From the NCBI GenBank assembly GCA_964535735.1, contig CAZHTM010000008.1:8707-72706 (forward strand): 64,000 nt of DNA, written 5' to 3'. Both the position numbers and the translations under genes were made by a program. The notes below the pieces were generated by a model that made no database searches, was not told the origin of the DNA, and was given only the letters and a program-made list of their open reading frames with translations. Origin of the DNA: an uncultured bacterium. Lineage in GTDB: Bacteria; Fidelibacterota; Marinisomatia; Marinisomatales; J089. Positions 24,161-32,384 of the stretch are shown one piece after another (positions within the stretch are counted from its first letter, which is position 1; each line of letters opens with the position of its first letter).

Positions 24161-26488
24161 ATGAAACGAATAATTCTTATCCTGTTGTGGTGCCTATTCC
24201 AGGGAGTGTGGGCGCAAGTGGGGCTGGATTCACGGTACCATACGGTAGCGGAAATTGCAGCGGAATTAGATTCCTTGGCTCAAGTACCGGAATACGCAAC
24301 CCTATTTCGAGTGGATACCATTGGATATTCCCAACAGGAAGGAATACCCATTCTGGCCGCGGTAATTTCTAATAATGTCCATGTGACAGAGGATGAACCT
24401 CGAGTTCTGTTTGTGGGACAGGTACATGCTGAAGAAATTCTTGGAGTGGAAGCGGTGCTGAAACTTATGGAGGATTTACTGGACCCGGAACCGACCCAAT
24501 TGTTGCACACTACCATTCTTTGGCAGAATTTAGAGATTTGGATTGTTCCCACCGCCAATCCGGAGGGAATGAATGTGGTTTACGCCGGATTGGACTATAG
24601 CTATCGTAAGAATAAGCACGATTTCAGTCCTGGTGGACCTTGGCCCAATGGTGTTTTTGACTATGATCCTGCAATTGGAAATGATATCGATGGTGTGGAC
24701 CTTAATCGGAATTTTGATTTCAATTGGATGTTTGGTGATGGTTTTTTAGTCCAGGATGGGAGTTCCTACGGAGCTCATTTTGATTATTACAAAGGACCTG
24801 CGCCTTTTTCCGAATCGGAAGTTCGGGCGCTCAGGGATCTGGCTATCCAAAAGAAATTTATATTCTCCATTGTTTTCCACAGCTCCCGGTCTGGTAATTT
24901 TTCAGAAAAAGTATTTACCTCCTGGCAATGGGCTTATGGGAAAGAATCTCCGGATTTTGATATTATGAAATCCATCGGTGATCATGTGGCGGACCTGACC
25001 ATCAAAGAAAACGAGTCCGGGTCCTATTTATCGCGGGTGAGTACCTCCCGCAATGGTAAAGCTCATGATTGGTTCTACAAAGAGACAGGATGTTTCCAAT
25101 ACTTAATCGAATGCGGCACCGCCAATCTCCAACCAGATTCTGCCCTCATTGAAGACACGGCTCTTCGACTCCAGCCCGCCATGTACTTTTTGATGGATCG
25201 CGCCATTGGTTATCAGGAAGATGCGGCTTCGATTACTGGAATTGTACGGGATGCTTCCACCGCAACGCCTTTGGAAGGAGCAGTTGTTCAAATTTTGGAA
25301 TACGATGGCCGTGTGTTAACGCCACGAAAGACAGATGGCTTTGGTCGGTACCGTCGCATTGTCCAGGAAGGGTCGTATACTGTTCAAGTATCCAAAGAAG
25401 GATTTGAAACTCGCCGTTTTACCGTCATCGCCAATAATTCCGCCGCTACCCATCTGGATGTGGATTTGCTCCCGAGCGATGTTGTTTCAGTTGCGGTTGT
25501 GTTGATCCCTGATCCAGGGTTGGCATTGACGGAATTTCCAAATCTGATTCTGGACAATGGCTGGTCAGTGGATACTCTAGAGGTGGGATTCGGTTCCACC
25601 GATCTTTCCCTGACTACCGGTTCTTGGGAGATTACGGTATTGGATTCCGGCGCAAAACCCTGGAATAAACGCGTTTTTATCCGAAACGACACCTTGATCA
25701 ATATCGGAATTAATGCGCCTGAGATCAGTCATCGTTTTGATTTTGGGACTCAATCAGAGTGGGACCTGTGGACCGGACGATGGGCAACCCGCGGCGATAC
25801 CCTTCGATCTCAAAATGATTGGCTCTATCCCAATCAGGATACGTCACACACCCGGTTTCAATTGCTATCAAAGAGCCTTGATATGGGGAACGCTCAGTCC
25901 ATCACGCTGGAAATCCGGCATCGATATGAGCTGGAATGGGATCGGGATACGGTACTAGTATCCATCGAAGATACATCCGGGCATATTCTGGCTCAGCGTT
26001 GGTGGACAGATCAGTCTTGGGATCATTTTGGATCCGATTATATGATGGTTACTGATTCAACCGGATTTTCTCCCATTAAAGTTCGCCTGGCATTCAGCAG
26101 GGACGCTTCGGTGAATTACCGAGGATGGGAAATTGCAAATCTGATTTTAACCGCTGGAATGGACCCTTGGTTGGGGGTTCAATCCAGTGCTGGATCCGGA
26201 ACAGTTCTACCCTCGTTTCGGTTGTCTGAACCATTTCCAAATCCAACTTCAGAACGAGTAGCCTTCCTATTAACCCCAGGTAAAGATCCGATTCATATTA
26301 AGGTTTATAACTTATTAGGGCAATTGGTCCATCAGGAAATATTTGTACCCGAGTCACCGGGACGACAGATGTTGCAGCTAAACTTTCGTTACCTTTTAGG
26401 TGGACGATTGGGCTCAGGGGTTTATTTTGTGAAACTTGAAGCTCCACAACAAACGGAATTGAAGAAATGCATTTATCTCAAAAATTAA
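24161..26488 (+). CDS. M14 zinc carboxypeptidase-family protein with CarboxypepD_reg-like and C-terminal T9SS sorting domains
   Basis: It has a signal peptide MKRIILILLWCLFQGVWAQ. The M14 motif set appears complete: HxxE (GQVHAEEI), DLNRNF, second zinc His (VFHSSRSG) and a catalytic-Glu region (YLIECGT). A CarboxypepD_reg-like stretch follows (ITGIVRDASTATPLEGAVVQIL...GSYTVQVSKEGFE). Confidence 0.85.
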   Translation: MKRIILILLWCLFQGVWAQVGLDSRYHTVAEIAAELDSLAQVPEYATLFRVDTIGYSQQEGIPILAAVISNNVHVTEDEPRVLFVGQVHAEEILGVEAVLKLMEDLLDPEPTQLLHTTILWQNLEIWIVPTANPEGMNVVYAGLDYSYRKNKHDFSPGGPWPNGVFDYDPAIGNDIDGVDLNRNFDFNWMFGDGFLVQDGSSYGAHFDYYKGPAPFSESEVRALRDLAIQKKFIFSIVFHSSRSGNFSEKVFTSWQWAYGKESPDFDIMKSIGDHVADLTIKENESGSYLSRVSTSRNGKAHDWFYKETGCFQYLIECGTANLQPDSALIEDTALRLQPAMYFLMDRAIGYQEDAASITGIVRDASTATPLEGAVVQILEYDGRVLTPRKTDGFGRYRRIVQEGSYTVQVSKEGFETRRFTVIANNSAATHLDVDLLPSDVVSVAVVLIPDPGLALTEFPNLILDNGWSVDTLEVGFGSTDLSLTTGSWEITVLDSGAKPWNKRVFIRNDTLINIGINAPEISHRFDFGTQSEWDLWTGRWATRGDTLRSQNDWLYPNQDTSHTRFQLLSKSLDMGNAQSITLEIRHRYELEWDRDTVLVSIEDTSGHILAQRWWTDQSWDHFGSDYMMVTDSTGFSPIKVRLAFSRDASVNYRGWEIANLILTAGMDPWLGVQSSAGSGTVLPSFRLSEPFPNPTSERVAFLLTPGKDPIHIKVYNLLGQLVHQEIFVPESPGRQMLQLNFRYLLGGRLGSGVYFVKLEAPQQTELKKCIYLKN
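26216..26485 (+). other. T9SS type A C-terminal sorting domain
   Basis: The sequence is FRLSEPFPNPTSERVAFLL...VYNLLGQLVH...GSGVYFVKLEAPQQTELKKCIYLKN. Confidence 0.7.
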
Positions 26489-29400
26489 TGATTCACGGTC
26501 TTTTAGCATTGACCATGAGCTGGGCAACTCAACCCGTGTCCTTCCGGGGACAAAGTGCCGCAGAAATCCAATCCCAGGCATTACCCTTAAGTTTCGCACA
26601 CCTGGTGGAATCCATCTACGGGTTATCACCCCAGAATCTACATGTTGAACGTGGTTCATATCTGATCATTGCCGCCGATGTGTACGCACCCTATTTAAGT
26701 CCGTTTGTTGAGTTTAAACGCTCTCAGGGATTTGATGCCCAGCTTTATTCTCTGGCAGAAATTGGATATACCGCCCCAGAAATAAAGGCCTTCATTCAAG
26801 CCCAATTGGATGCCAATCCACTTCTGGAATATGTTTTATTGGTAGGTGACGTAGACGGCGTAGGGGAGGTACCCTCATTTTATTATGGGGCGGAAAATGA
26901 TGTGTCAGACCAAACCTTTTCCCACCTTCGAGGAGATGACTTGATTCCCGATATATTCGTGGGACGGTTTTCCGTGGATTCCATTAGCGAATTGGCTGTT
27001 GTAATCAGTAAAACAATTTATTATCATCGCGATCCTCTTTCCGCCAATAATGAGTGGCTGAATCGCGCCCTGGTGGTGGCGGGAAATTACAGCAATACGT
27101 TGCCCATTCCGGTAACGCCGAAGTGGACTTCTTATTGGGTAAAAGAAGAATTAGAATTAAATGGTTATTCTTCGGTAGATACAGTGTTTTATCCTCCGGT
27201 TCAGCAGGGGGGACCGCTGATCCGCGCTGCCATTGATCAAGGTGTTGGTCTCGTGAATTACCGGGGATGGGGAGACGCCAATGGATGGCATTACCCTGAA
27301 TTTCACGTTGGGGACGTAGCATCCCTGAATAATGGCTGGATGACACCGGTATTTACCAGTTTTGTTTGTAATGCCAATGATTTTGCCAACAGCGTAGACC
27401 CCTGTCTGGGCGAATCGATTATTCGTTCAGGGACACCCAGTGCTCCCAAAGGCGGCGTAGCCATTATTGGGCCATCCGATTTACATACGTCCACCAAATA
27501 CAATAATATCATCAATGCCTATATGTACGACGCCATGCTGGATGAAGGTGTTGTAGAGCTGGCTCCTGCGATGTTGGCAGGACAATTAGGCATGTTGACT
27601 GAGTTTCCCCATGAGGACGGCCCTGGTGAAGCCCAGGAAAAATATTTTAATGTTTACAATGTACTCGGTGATCCAAGCCTGAATGTGTATATCGGGACTC
27701 CAGATGAATTCACCGTAACCGTGTCGCCTGTTTCGGCAAACGATGGATTTGTGGAAGTCTACTTAGAGAACAGCAACCAGCAACCAGTGCACGGCGCCAT
27801 TGTGGCTCTTCTTTCCGGCGGAGAGCTCTTGGCAAAGGGACAATCAGATGTTAACGGCAAAGCATACTTTTCTATCGATACCTTGGTTTCTACGTTGGAT
27901 GTGTATGCCAATCACCCCAGATTTATTCAAGGCCATCTAACCCTCACTGTAAATCCTCAGGATCAGAATATTATTCTGTCAGGTTATTCGTTGAATGCTA
28001 CCGGTGGAAAAACGGCCAATCCCGGTGATATCATTGCGGTGACTCCAGAACTGAGCAATGTATCCGGTGCGACCGTACCCGCAGGGTCCGGTGAGGTAAC
28101 GACACTGTGGAACGGTCAACTTATAACCTCAGTATTTCAGTATCCTGAGCTGCCGTCAGGAGCTTCGCTACCGATATCGACACCAATTGAATTACGTGTG
28201 GCTGGGTATCCCTTCCAGGGTCCTGTGAGGCTTACCTTGGCGTCAGCATCGGGTGATTGGAGCGGTATGGTGACCATCCCGGTGAATCCACCTGCGCTAA
28301 ACATTCAGCCGGATTTTATCCTCAGCGAGTCTGTAACCGATCCGGTATTTCGGATTCAGAATACAGGTTCCTGCAAACTAACCGATGTGACGATGAATAT
28401 CCAATCTTTGGCGGATTCACTGACGATCGAATTCCAGGGAAATCCAACAGTATTTTCCATAGATCCATTCAGCGAACAGTGGATTACGCTTCAAGGTGTC
28501 ACCATTATTCCAGGACAGGTGGCTCCCGGTAGTGATTTATCCTACGAGATAAACCTTGTCAGAGATACCCTCACCGTATACCACCATTCGGATAATTTTT
28601 CCATTCCCGCGGAGTCGGAATCTGATCCTGTGGCACACAATACTTATGGCTATTGGGTGTATGATGACCTAGATGCGGCCTACATCCAGAGACCGGAATT
28701 CAATTGGATAGAACTGGATCCCAACTATGGGGGCAGTGGAGGCGAATATCATCCTCTTGATGATGATGACCATGTGGATTTTGAATTGCCATTCACGTTT
28801 CAATACTTCGGCCAGACATATTCCACGATTACGATTAGTTCAAACGGATGGATTTCCTTCATTCCCTGCGACATAAACTATTTCTGGAATTATACCATAC
28901 CCATGGCTTTAGGTCCCCGTGCCCAAGTGGCGGTTTTTTGGGATGATTTGGAAGTGGTAGGCACTGATAGTATTCGGGTATTTACCCGCTATGACGAAGC
29001 TGAAGGCCGCCTGGTGATTGAATGGTCCCGCGCTCTGAATAATTTCGATGAAGTTACAGCTGAGACCTTTGAACTGATTCTCTACACTCAATCTGCACAA
29101 CCAACGGCTACTGGCGACAATGTGCTGGATATTCAGTATTTGGATATTGGAAACGTGGATGTGGTGAAAAATTACGCTACCGTGGGGATTGAGGGACCGG
29201 ACCAGAACGACGGGATTCAGGTTACGTTTAATAATACGTATGCGCCGGGCGCCGCTCCTTTGGAAAACTCACGAGTTTACCGGTTTACCACCGAAGCGCC
29301 GGAAGGATATATACAATCTTTATCTAATTCGAAAGATTTACCTGTTATTGCGAATCGCTTCCAGATTCATGCGGCCTATCCAAATCCCTTTAATCCTGTG

Positions 29401-29631
29401 ACGACAATACCGGTGACGATTTCAGAACCAGCGACGATCCACGCACGGATTTATGATCTTACGGGACGTTTGGTCTATGATTTTGGTCAACGGGAATATA
29501 ATCCTGGAACAATCCAACTTCGTTGGAGTGGAATCGCTCAATCGGGAAAACCCGTAGCCAGCGGGACGTATTTTCTGCTGGTCTCGCAGAAACAAGAAAC
29601 ACAAACGAAAAAATTAATCCTACTGAAATAA
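26467..29631 (+). CDS. gingipain-family (peptidase C25) protein with C-terminal T9SS sorting domain; paralogue of 11757-15329
   Basis: C25 blocks are present: YVLLVGDVDG, FSHLRGDDLIPDIFVGRFS, SKTIYYH, NYRGWG, FTSFVCNANDF, LGDPSLNVY. An alternative start is the ATG at 26488, on a TAATG overlap with the M14 gene. Confidence 0.8.
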   Translation: MHLSQKLMIHGLLALTMSWATQPVSFRGQSAAEIQSQALPLSFAHLVESIYGLSPQNLHVERGSYLIIAADVYAPYLSPFVEFKRSQGFDAQLYSLAEIGYTAPEIKAFIQAQLDANPLLEYVLLVGDVDGVGEVPSFYYGAENDVSDQTFSHLRGDDLIPDIFVGRFSVDSISELAVVISKTIYYHRDPLSANNEWLNRALVVAGNYSNTLPIPVTPKWTSYWVKEELELNGYSSVDTVFYPPVQQGGPLIRAAIDQGVGLVNYRGWGDANGWHYPEFHVGDVASLNNGWMTPVFTSFVCNANDFANSVDPCLGESIIRSGTPSAPKGGVAIIGPSDLHTSTKYNNIINAYMYDAMLDEGVVELAPAMLAGQLGMLTEFPHEDGPGEAQEKYFNVYNVLGDPSLNVYIGTPDEFTVTVSPVSANDGFVEVYLENSNQQPVHGAIVALLSGGELLAKGQSDVNGKAYFSIDTLVSTLDVYANHPRFIQGHLTLTVNPQDQNIILSGYSLNATGGKTANPGDIIAVTPELSNVSGATVPAGSGEVTTLWNGQLITSVFQYPELPSGASLPISTPIELRVAGYPFQGPVRLTLASASGDWSGMVTIPVNPPALNIQPDFILSESVTDPVFRIQNTGSCKLTDVTMNIQSLADSLTIEFQGNPTVFSIDPFSEQWITLQGVTIIPGQVAPGSDLSYEINLVRDTLTVYHHSDNFSIPAESESDPVAHNTYGYWVYDDLDAAYIQRPEFNWIELDPNYGGSGGEYHPLDDDDHVDFELPFTFQYFGQTYSTITISSNGWISFIPCDINYFWNYTIPMALGPRAQVAVFWDDLEVVGTDSIRVFTRYDEAEGRLVIEWSRALNNFDEVTAETFELILYTQSAQPTATGDNVLDIQYLDIGNVDVVKNYATVGIEGPDQNDGIQVTFNNTYAPGAAPLENSRVYRFTTEAPEGYIQSLSNSKDLPVIANRFQIHAAYPNPFNPVTTIPVTISEPATIHARIYDLTGRLVYDFGQREYNPGTIQLRWSGIAQSGKPVASGTYFLLVSQKQETQTKKLILLK
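29359..29628 (+). other. T9SS type A C-terminal sorting domain
   Basis: The sequence is FQIHAAYPNPFNPVTTIPVTI...IYDLTGRLVY...LRWSGIAQSGKPVASGTYFLLVSQKQETQTKKLILLK. Confidence 0.75.
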
Positions 29632-29644
29632 AAAAGGTAATCTC

Positions 29645-29875
29645 ATGGTTCAAATTTATACTACATCTTGGTGTCCTTACTGTCAGGCAGCTAAACGTCT
29701 GCTTAAATCAAAAAATATTGAATTTGAAGAAATCGATATTGAAGCTCAGGGCATCTCTCGGGAAAAATTGGCAGAAATTACTGGTGGTCGTTCGGTGCCT
29801 CAGATCGTAGTGGATGGGGAACCTATTGGTGGTTTCGATGATCTGGAGGCTATGGATATGGCTGGCAAACTCTAG
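29645..29875 (+). CDS. grxC: glutaredoxin (CPYC class)
   Basis: 76 aa. It carries YTTSWCPYCQAAKRLL, the TVPQI-type motif (RSVPQIVVDGEPIGGFDDL), and is close to E. coli Grx3 in layout. Confidence 0.9.
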   Translation: MVQIYTTSWCPYCQAAKRLLKSKNIEFEEIDIEAQGISREKLAEITGGRSVPQIVVDGEPIGGFDDLEAMDMAGKL

Positions 29876-29877
29876 AA

Positions 29878-31629
29878 CTACTTCAACCAGGTAAATTTAG
29901 ACATCACTGTCAGCGAGGCTGTCTCCGCGACTAAAAAATAAATTCCAGAGGGCGCAGGTTTTTGGTTCTGCATTTTTCCTGACCAGGTATATTGTGCTTG
30001 AGATTCGAACATTGTTCCCTGGAACAGCGTTGCAATCTTGTGACCCAATACATCGATAATTTTAATTTGTATATCCATTAAATCATTAACCTGCACTGTA
30101 AAATGCACACTCGTTTCTTTGGTGGCAGGATTCGGATATGGAGGGTAGACGGAAACGGCGTCCGGTTGTTTTTCAGCTCGCTCAATGGTAACGGTATATC
30201 CATAGCTGTTTCCTATAGTATCCTGAGCAGATAGCGCCAGACTGATCCAGTCGGCATAGGTGCTGGACGGCAGGACTATATCCCAACCCTGGTAAATAGA
30301 ATAATAGCCCGGCGAAGATTTCACAATCCCCAGTGCTTTTACGTTCTGATTTGCGCCACTTGGTGATGAGAGTCGAACCCGAACCGGATGGTCAATGTCA
30401 AGGTTTACATATTGGCTGCTATATCTGTGTAATGCATAGGATATCCAGGACGTATCCTGGTGAATAGTGGCCAGGATTTTAGGTCCATCAACAGGGTAGG
30501 ATTCGGCTTCACGATAATGGTAGGGGCCGGCAGATACGGTTGGTGCCAGGATGCGGTTGGCAATCACCATGCCATTAAAGATACCTCTAAAGTCCAAATT
30601 ATTTTGTGCTAATCCATCACGAATAGCGTGGAAATCGTAGCGACCATTTTGACTGTTATACGGGATGCTGGATTCAAAAATGGAACGGATAGCGGATCGA
30701 CCGCTCCAGTTCTCTTCTAAGTATCGAAAGAAAATGTAAGAGCCATACATGTGAGTTCCATTCGCATCTAAACTAGTTTCTGGAGAATTAAACCAAGAGG
30801 GCATGTATTGGTAGCAATCATTAAGATTATCATACATGACTTCTTCCATCCAGACCGCCGTTGCTTCTAATAACCAGATTTCTTCCCATCCATCGTAACC
30901 GAATTGGATGGCATGGAAGAACTCATGGGCAGCCGTGACCCGAATATTTTGTGCGAATGTTCCGGGGAATCCGGTATATGAATTCCGCAAGGCCATATAA
31001 CTGGTGAACGCATTGGTTTCGACGATATTGGAACTGTTTTCATTATCCCCGGTCCCCTGGGCGAAATATTCAGCTTGAGTGTACCCATAATATCCCGGAT
31101 AAATGGATCGCAGGTAAATATCGTACAGTCCATTACCCCCATTGTCGGTGGTCACCCACGCGTCACCAGGTGGTGGTGTATAGCCCAGAGATTGGGTGAG
31201 TGCCTCAAAAACGCTGTCAAATACGGCGGCCACCAAATCGACGTAATCGGGGATAGTATTTACATCTAAATCCGTATCATCCACAGCGTGGAGCCCGGTA
31301 AGAGTGTAATGAATTCGAAAGTACGGGGTGTCAAGAAATTGATCTAGGCCATCGCTTTCGTTGCGCGACAAGGCAGTGCGCGTCGGAGTGAGCTGAAATC
31401 CTTTTTGTCGAAGCTCGTTTTGGACGGCTTCCGGGAGGGTCGATCCGTACTGGGCCAGCCATAGAAGATCTGGGGTTAAATCCCGGGGCGGTCCTGACGG
31501 ATTCTCCAGGGTATGGAGAAAAGCCGGGATGTCAAAAGGCGGCGGTTCTTTCGGAAATCCTGGCGACAAAATGCCAGTTATTATAATTGGCAGGATCCAG
31601 TACCTAATCGTCTGATTTCGATGAATCAT
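29878..31629 (-). CDS. secreted HEXXH zinc-metalloprotease-like protein with T9SS sorting domain
   Basis: 583 aa with a signal/anchor MIHRNQTIRYWILPIIITGIL. The HEXXH motif is in TAAHEFFHAIQFGY, with downstream Glu residues (WEEIWLLEATAVWMEE). It has a C-terminal T9SS CTD. Confidence 0.7.
   Translation of the reverse strand: MIHRNQTIRYWILPIIITGILSPGFPKEPPPFDIPAFLHTLENPSGPPRDLTPDLLWLAQYGSTLPEAVQNELRQKGFQLTPTRTALSRNESDGLDQFLDTPYFRIHYTLTGLHAVDDTDLDVNTIPDYVDLVAAVFDSVFEALTQSLGYTPPPGDAWVTTDNGGNGLYDIYLRSIYPGYYGYTQAEYFAQGTGDNENSSNIVETNAFTSYMALRNSYTGFPGTFAQNIRVTAAHEFFHAIQFGYDGWEEIWLLEATAVWMEEVMYDNLNDCYQYMPSWFNSPETSLDANGTHMYGSYIFFRYLEENWSGRSAIRSIFESSIPYNSQNGRYDFHAIRDGLAQNNLDFRGIFNGMVIANRILAPTVSAGPYHYREAESYPVDGPKILATIHQDTSWISYALHRYSSQYVNLDIDHPVRVRLSSPSGANQNVKALGIVKSSPGYYSIYQGWDIVLPSSTYADWISLALSAQDTIGNSYGYTVTIERAEKQPDAVSVYPPYPNPATKETSVHFTVQVNDLMDIQIKIIDVLGHKIATLFQGTMFESQAQYTWSGKMQNQKPAPSGIYFLVAETASLTVMSKFTWLK
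29881..30162 (-). other. T9SS type A C-terminal sorting domain
   Basis: The sequence is DAVSVYPPYPNPATKETSVHFTV...IIDVLGHKIATL...YTWSGKMQNQKPAPSGIYFLVAETASLTVMSKFTWLK. Confidence 0.7.
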
Positions 31630-31732
31630 GCCGGTTCTTCCGAAAATCGTTGCGGTGTTTGAATCGGATAAAGAGACCCATCAAAATCATACCCAAGGCG
31701 AAATAAATGGCGAAATAAACTGAATTACTCAT
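31604..31732 (-). CDS. candidate 42-aa single-pass membrane peptide (below the ORF-track size cut-off)
   Basis: My hand translation is MSNSVYFAIYFALGMILMGLFIRFKHRNDFRKNRHDSSKSDD. Its ATG sits on an 8-nt ATGAGTAA overlap with the stop of the upstream 219-aa gene. Its 3' end overlaps the metalloprotease start by 26 nt. It has a hydrophobic helix and a basic tail. Confidence 0.3.
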   Translation of the reverse strand: MSNSVYFAIYFALGMILMGLFIRFKHRNDFRKNRHDSSKSDD

Positions 31733-32384
31733 GGTGCACCCGTGGATGAATGTAGTGGTCATAGATGTAGGTCAACCCCAGGATGGCAACTCCGGTTGGC
31801 AATTCCCAACTGGTGCCGGAGCGGTTATCGTTTGCCAGAATACCGGAAACACTTAATGAAACCCCTACCAGGTAAGCAGCGGGACGAAGTCGAAGATAGA
31901 GGGGGGAATTTTTCTTGGGTTTGGCAGGTGCTAATGTCAGCACTTCATTCTGTGAAATTACCTCTGACTCCAAAGCTGCTAACACCTCCTCCCGAGGAAA
32001 CCGAAGCGCCAGATCTAAATACCCATTATTGTTGGATTGAAAATCAAAATCTTCAACGGATTTTAGAATACGAAACGCAATTTGGGTGGATTCCTTCGAA
32101 TTCAAAATATCAATACGATCCATTTCTGGTATTGGCTTGTATGAGTTTACCAGTGCGAAGCTATCCGATTGGCATTGAAAAAAGGTAATATAGAACCAGT
32201 GGTTTTGGGCTTGCCAAGCGGTGATATTTTCAGTTGGGATGGGTGTCGAAACCGAGAACCGGACCAAGAGGCCATTTACTTTGGGTTGAATGTCTACAGC
32301 ATTAATTACGGAAAGATTTTGGGCCGCTAGAGTTGTGCTGGCCAATAAGAAAAACATAAGATTATGCAGCCGGATTTTAGTCAT
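31725..32384 (-). CDS. secreted/membrane protein of unknown function (possible AMIN-like N-domain, C-terminal hydrophobic segments)
   Basis: The internal Met at 32384 gives the signal peptide MTKIRLHNLMFFLLASTTLAAQ on an ATGACTAA overlap with the upstream 101-aa ORF; the track start is 32405. The C-terminus has AAYLVGVSLSVSGILA and TGVAILGLTYIY hydrophobic stretches. The opposite-strand ORF 31742-32188 looks like a shadow. Confidence 0.55.
   Translation of the reverse strand: MTKIRLHNLMFFLLASTTLAAQNLSVINAVDIQPKVNGLLVRFSVSTPIPTENITAWQAQNHWFYITFFQCQSDSFALVNSYKPIPEMDRIDILNSKESTQIAFRILKSVEDFDFQSNNNGYLDLALRFPREEVLAALESEVISQNEVLTLAPAKPKKNSPLYLRLRPAAYLVGVSLSVSGILANDNRSGTSWELPTGVAILGLTYIYDHYIHPRVHHE

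Noticed and set aside
11757-29631. The C25 paralogues as the T9SS sortase PorU, or T9SS machinery (PorK/L/M/N, SprA, PorV) in the block.
   Set aside because: Both C25 proteins look like cargo: one has an ordinary type A CTD, the other a dockerin, and both have large non-catalytic modules. Nothing in the window resembles the core T9SS components, and PorU identity cannot be claimed from sequence inspection alone.
31742-32188. 148-aa plus-strand ORF opposite the 219-aa minus-strand gene.
   Set aside because: Its Arg/Trp/Pro-rich translation has no signal peptide or motif. The minus-strand frame has a signal peptide and start/stop overlaps with its neighbours, so the plus-strand ORF is taken as the shadow. 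Confidence in the minus-strand gene is itself only moderate.
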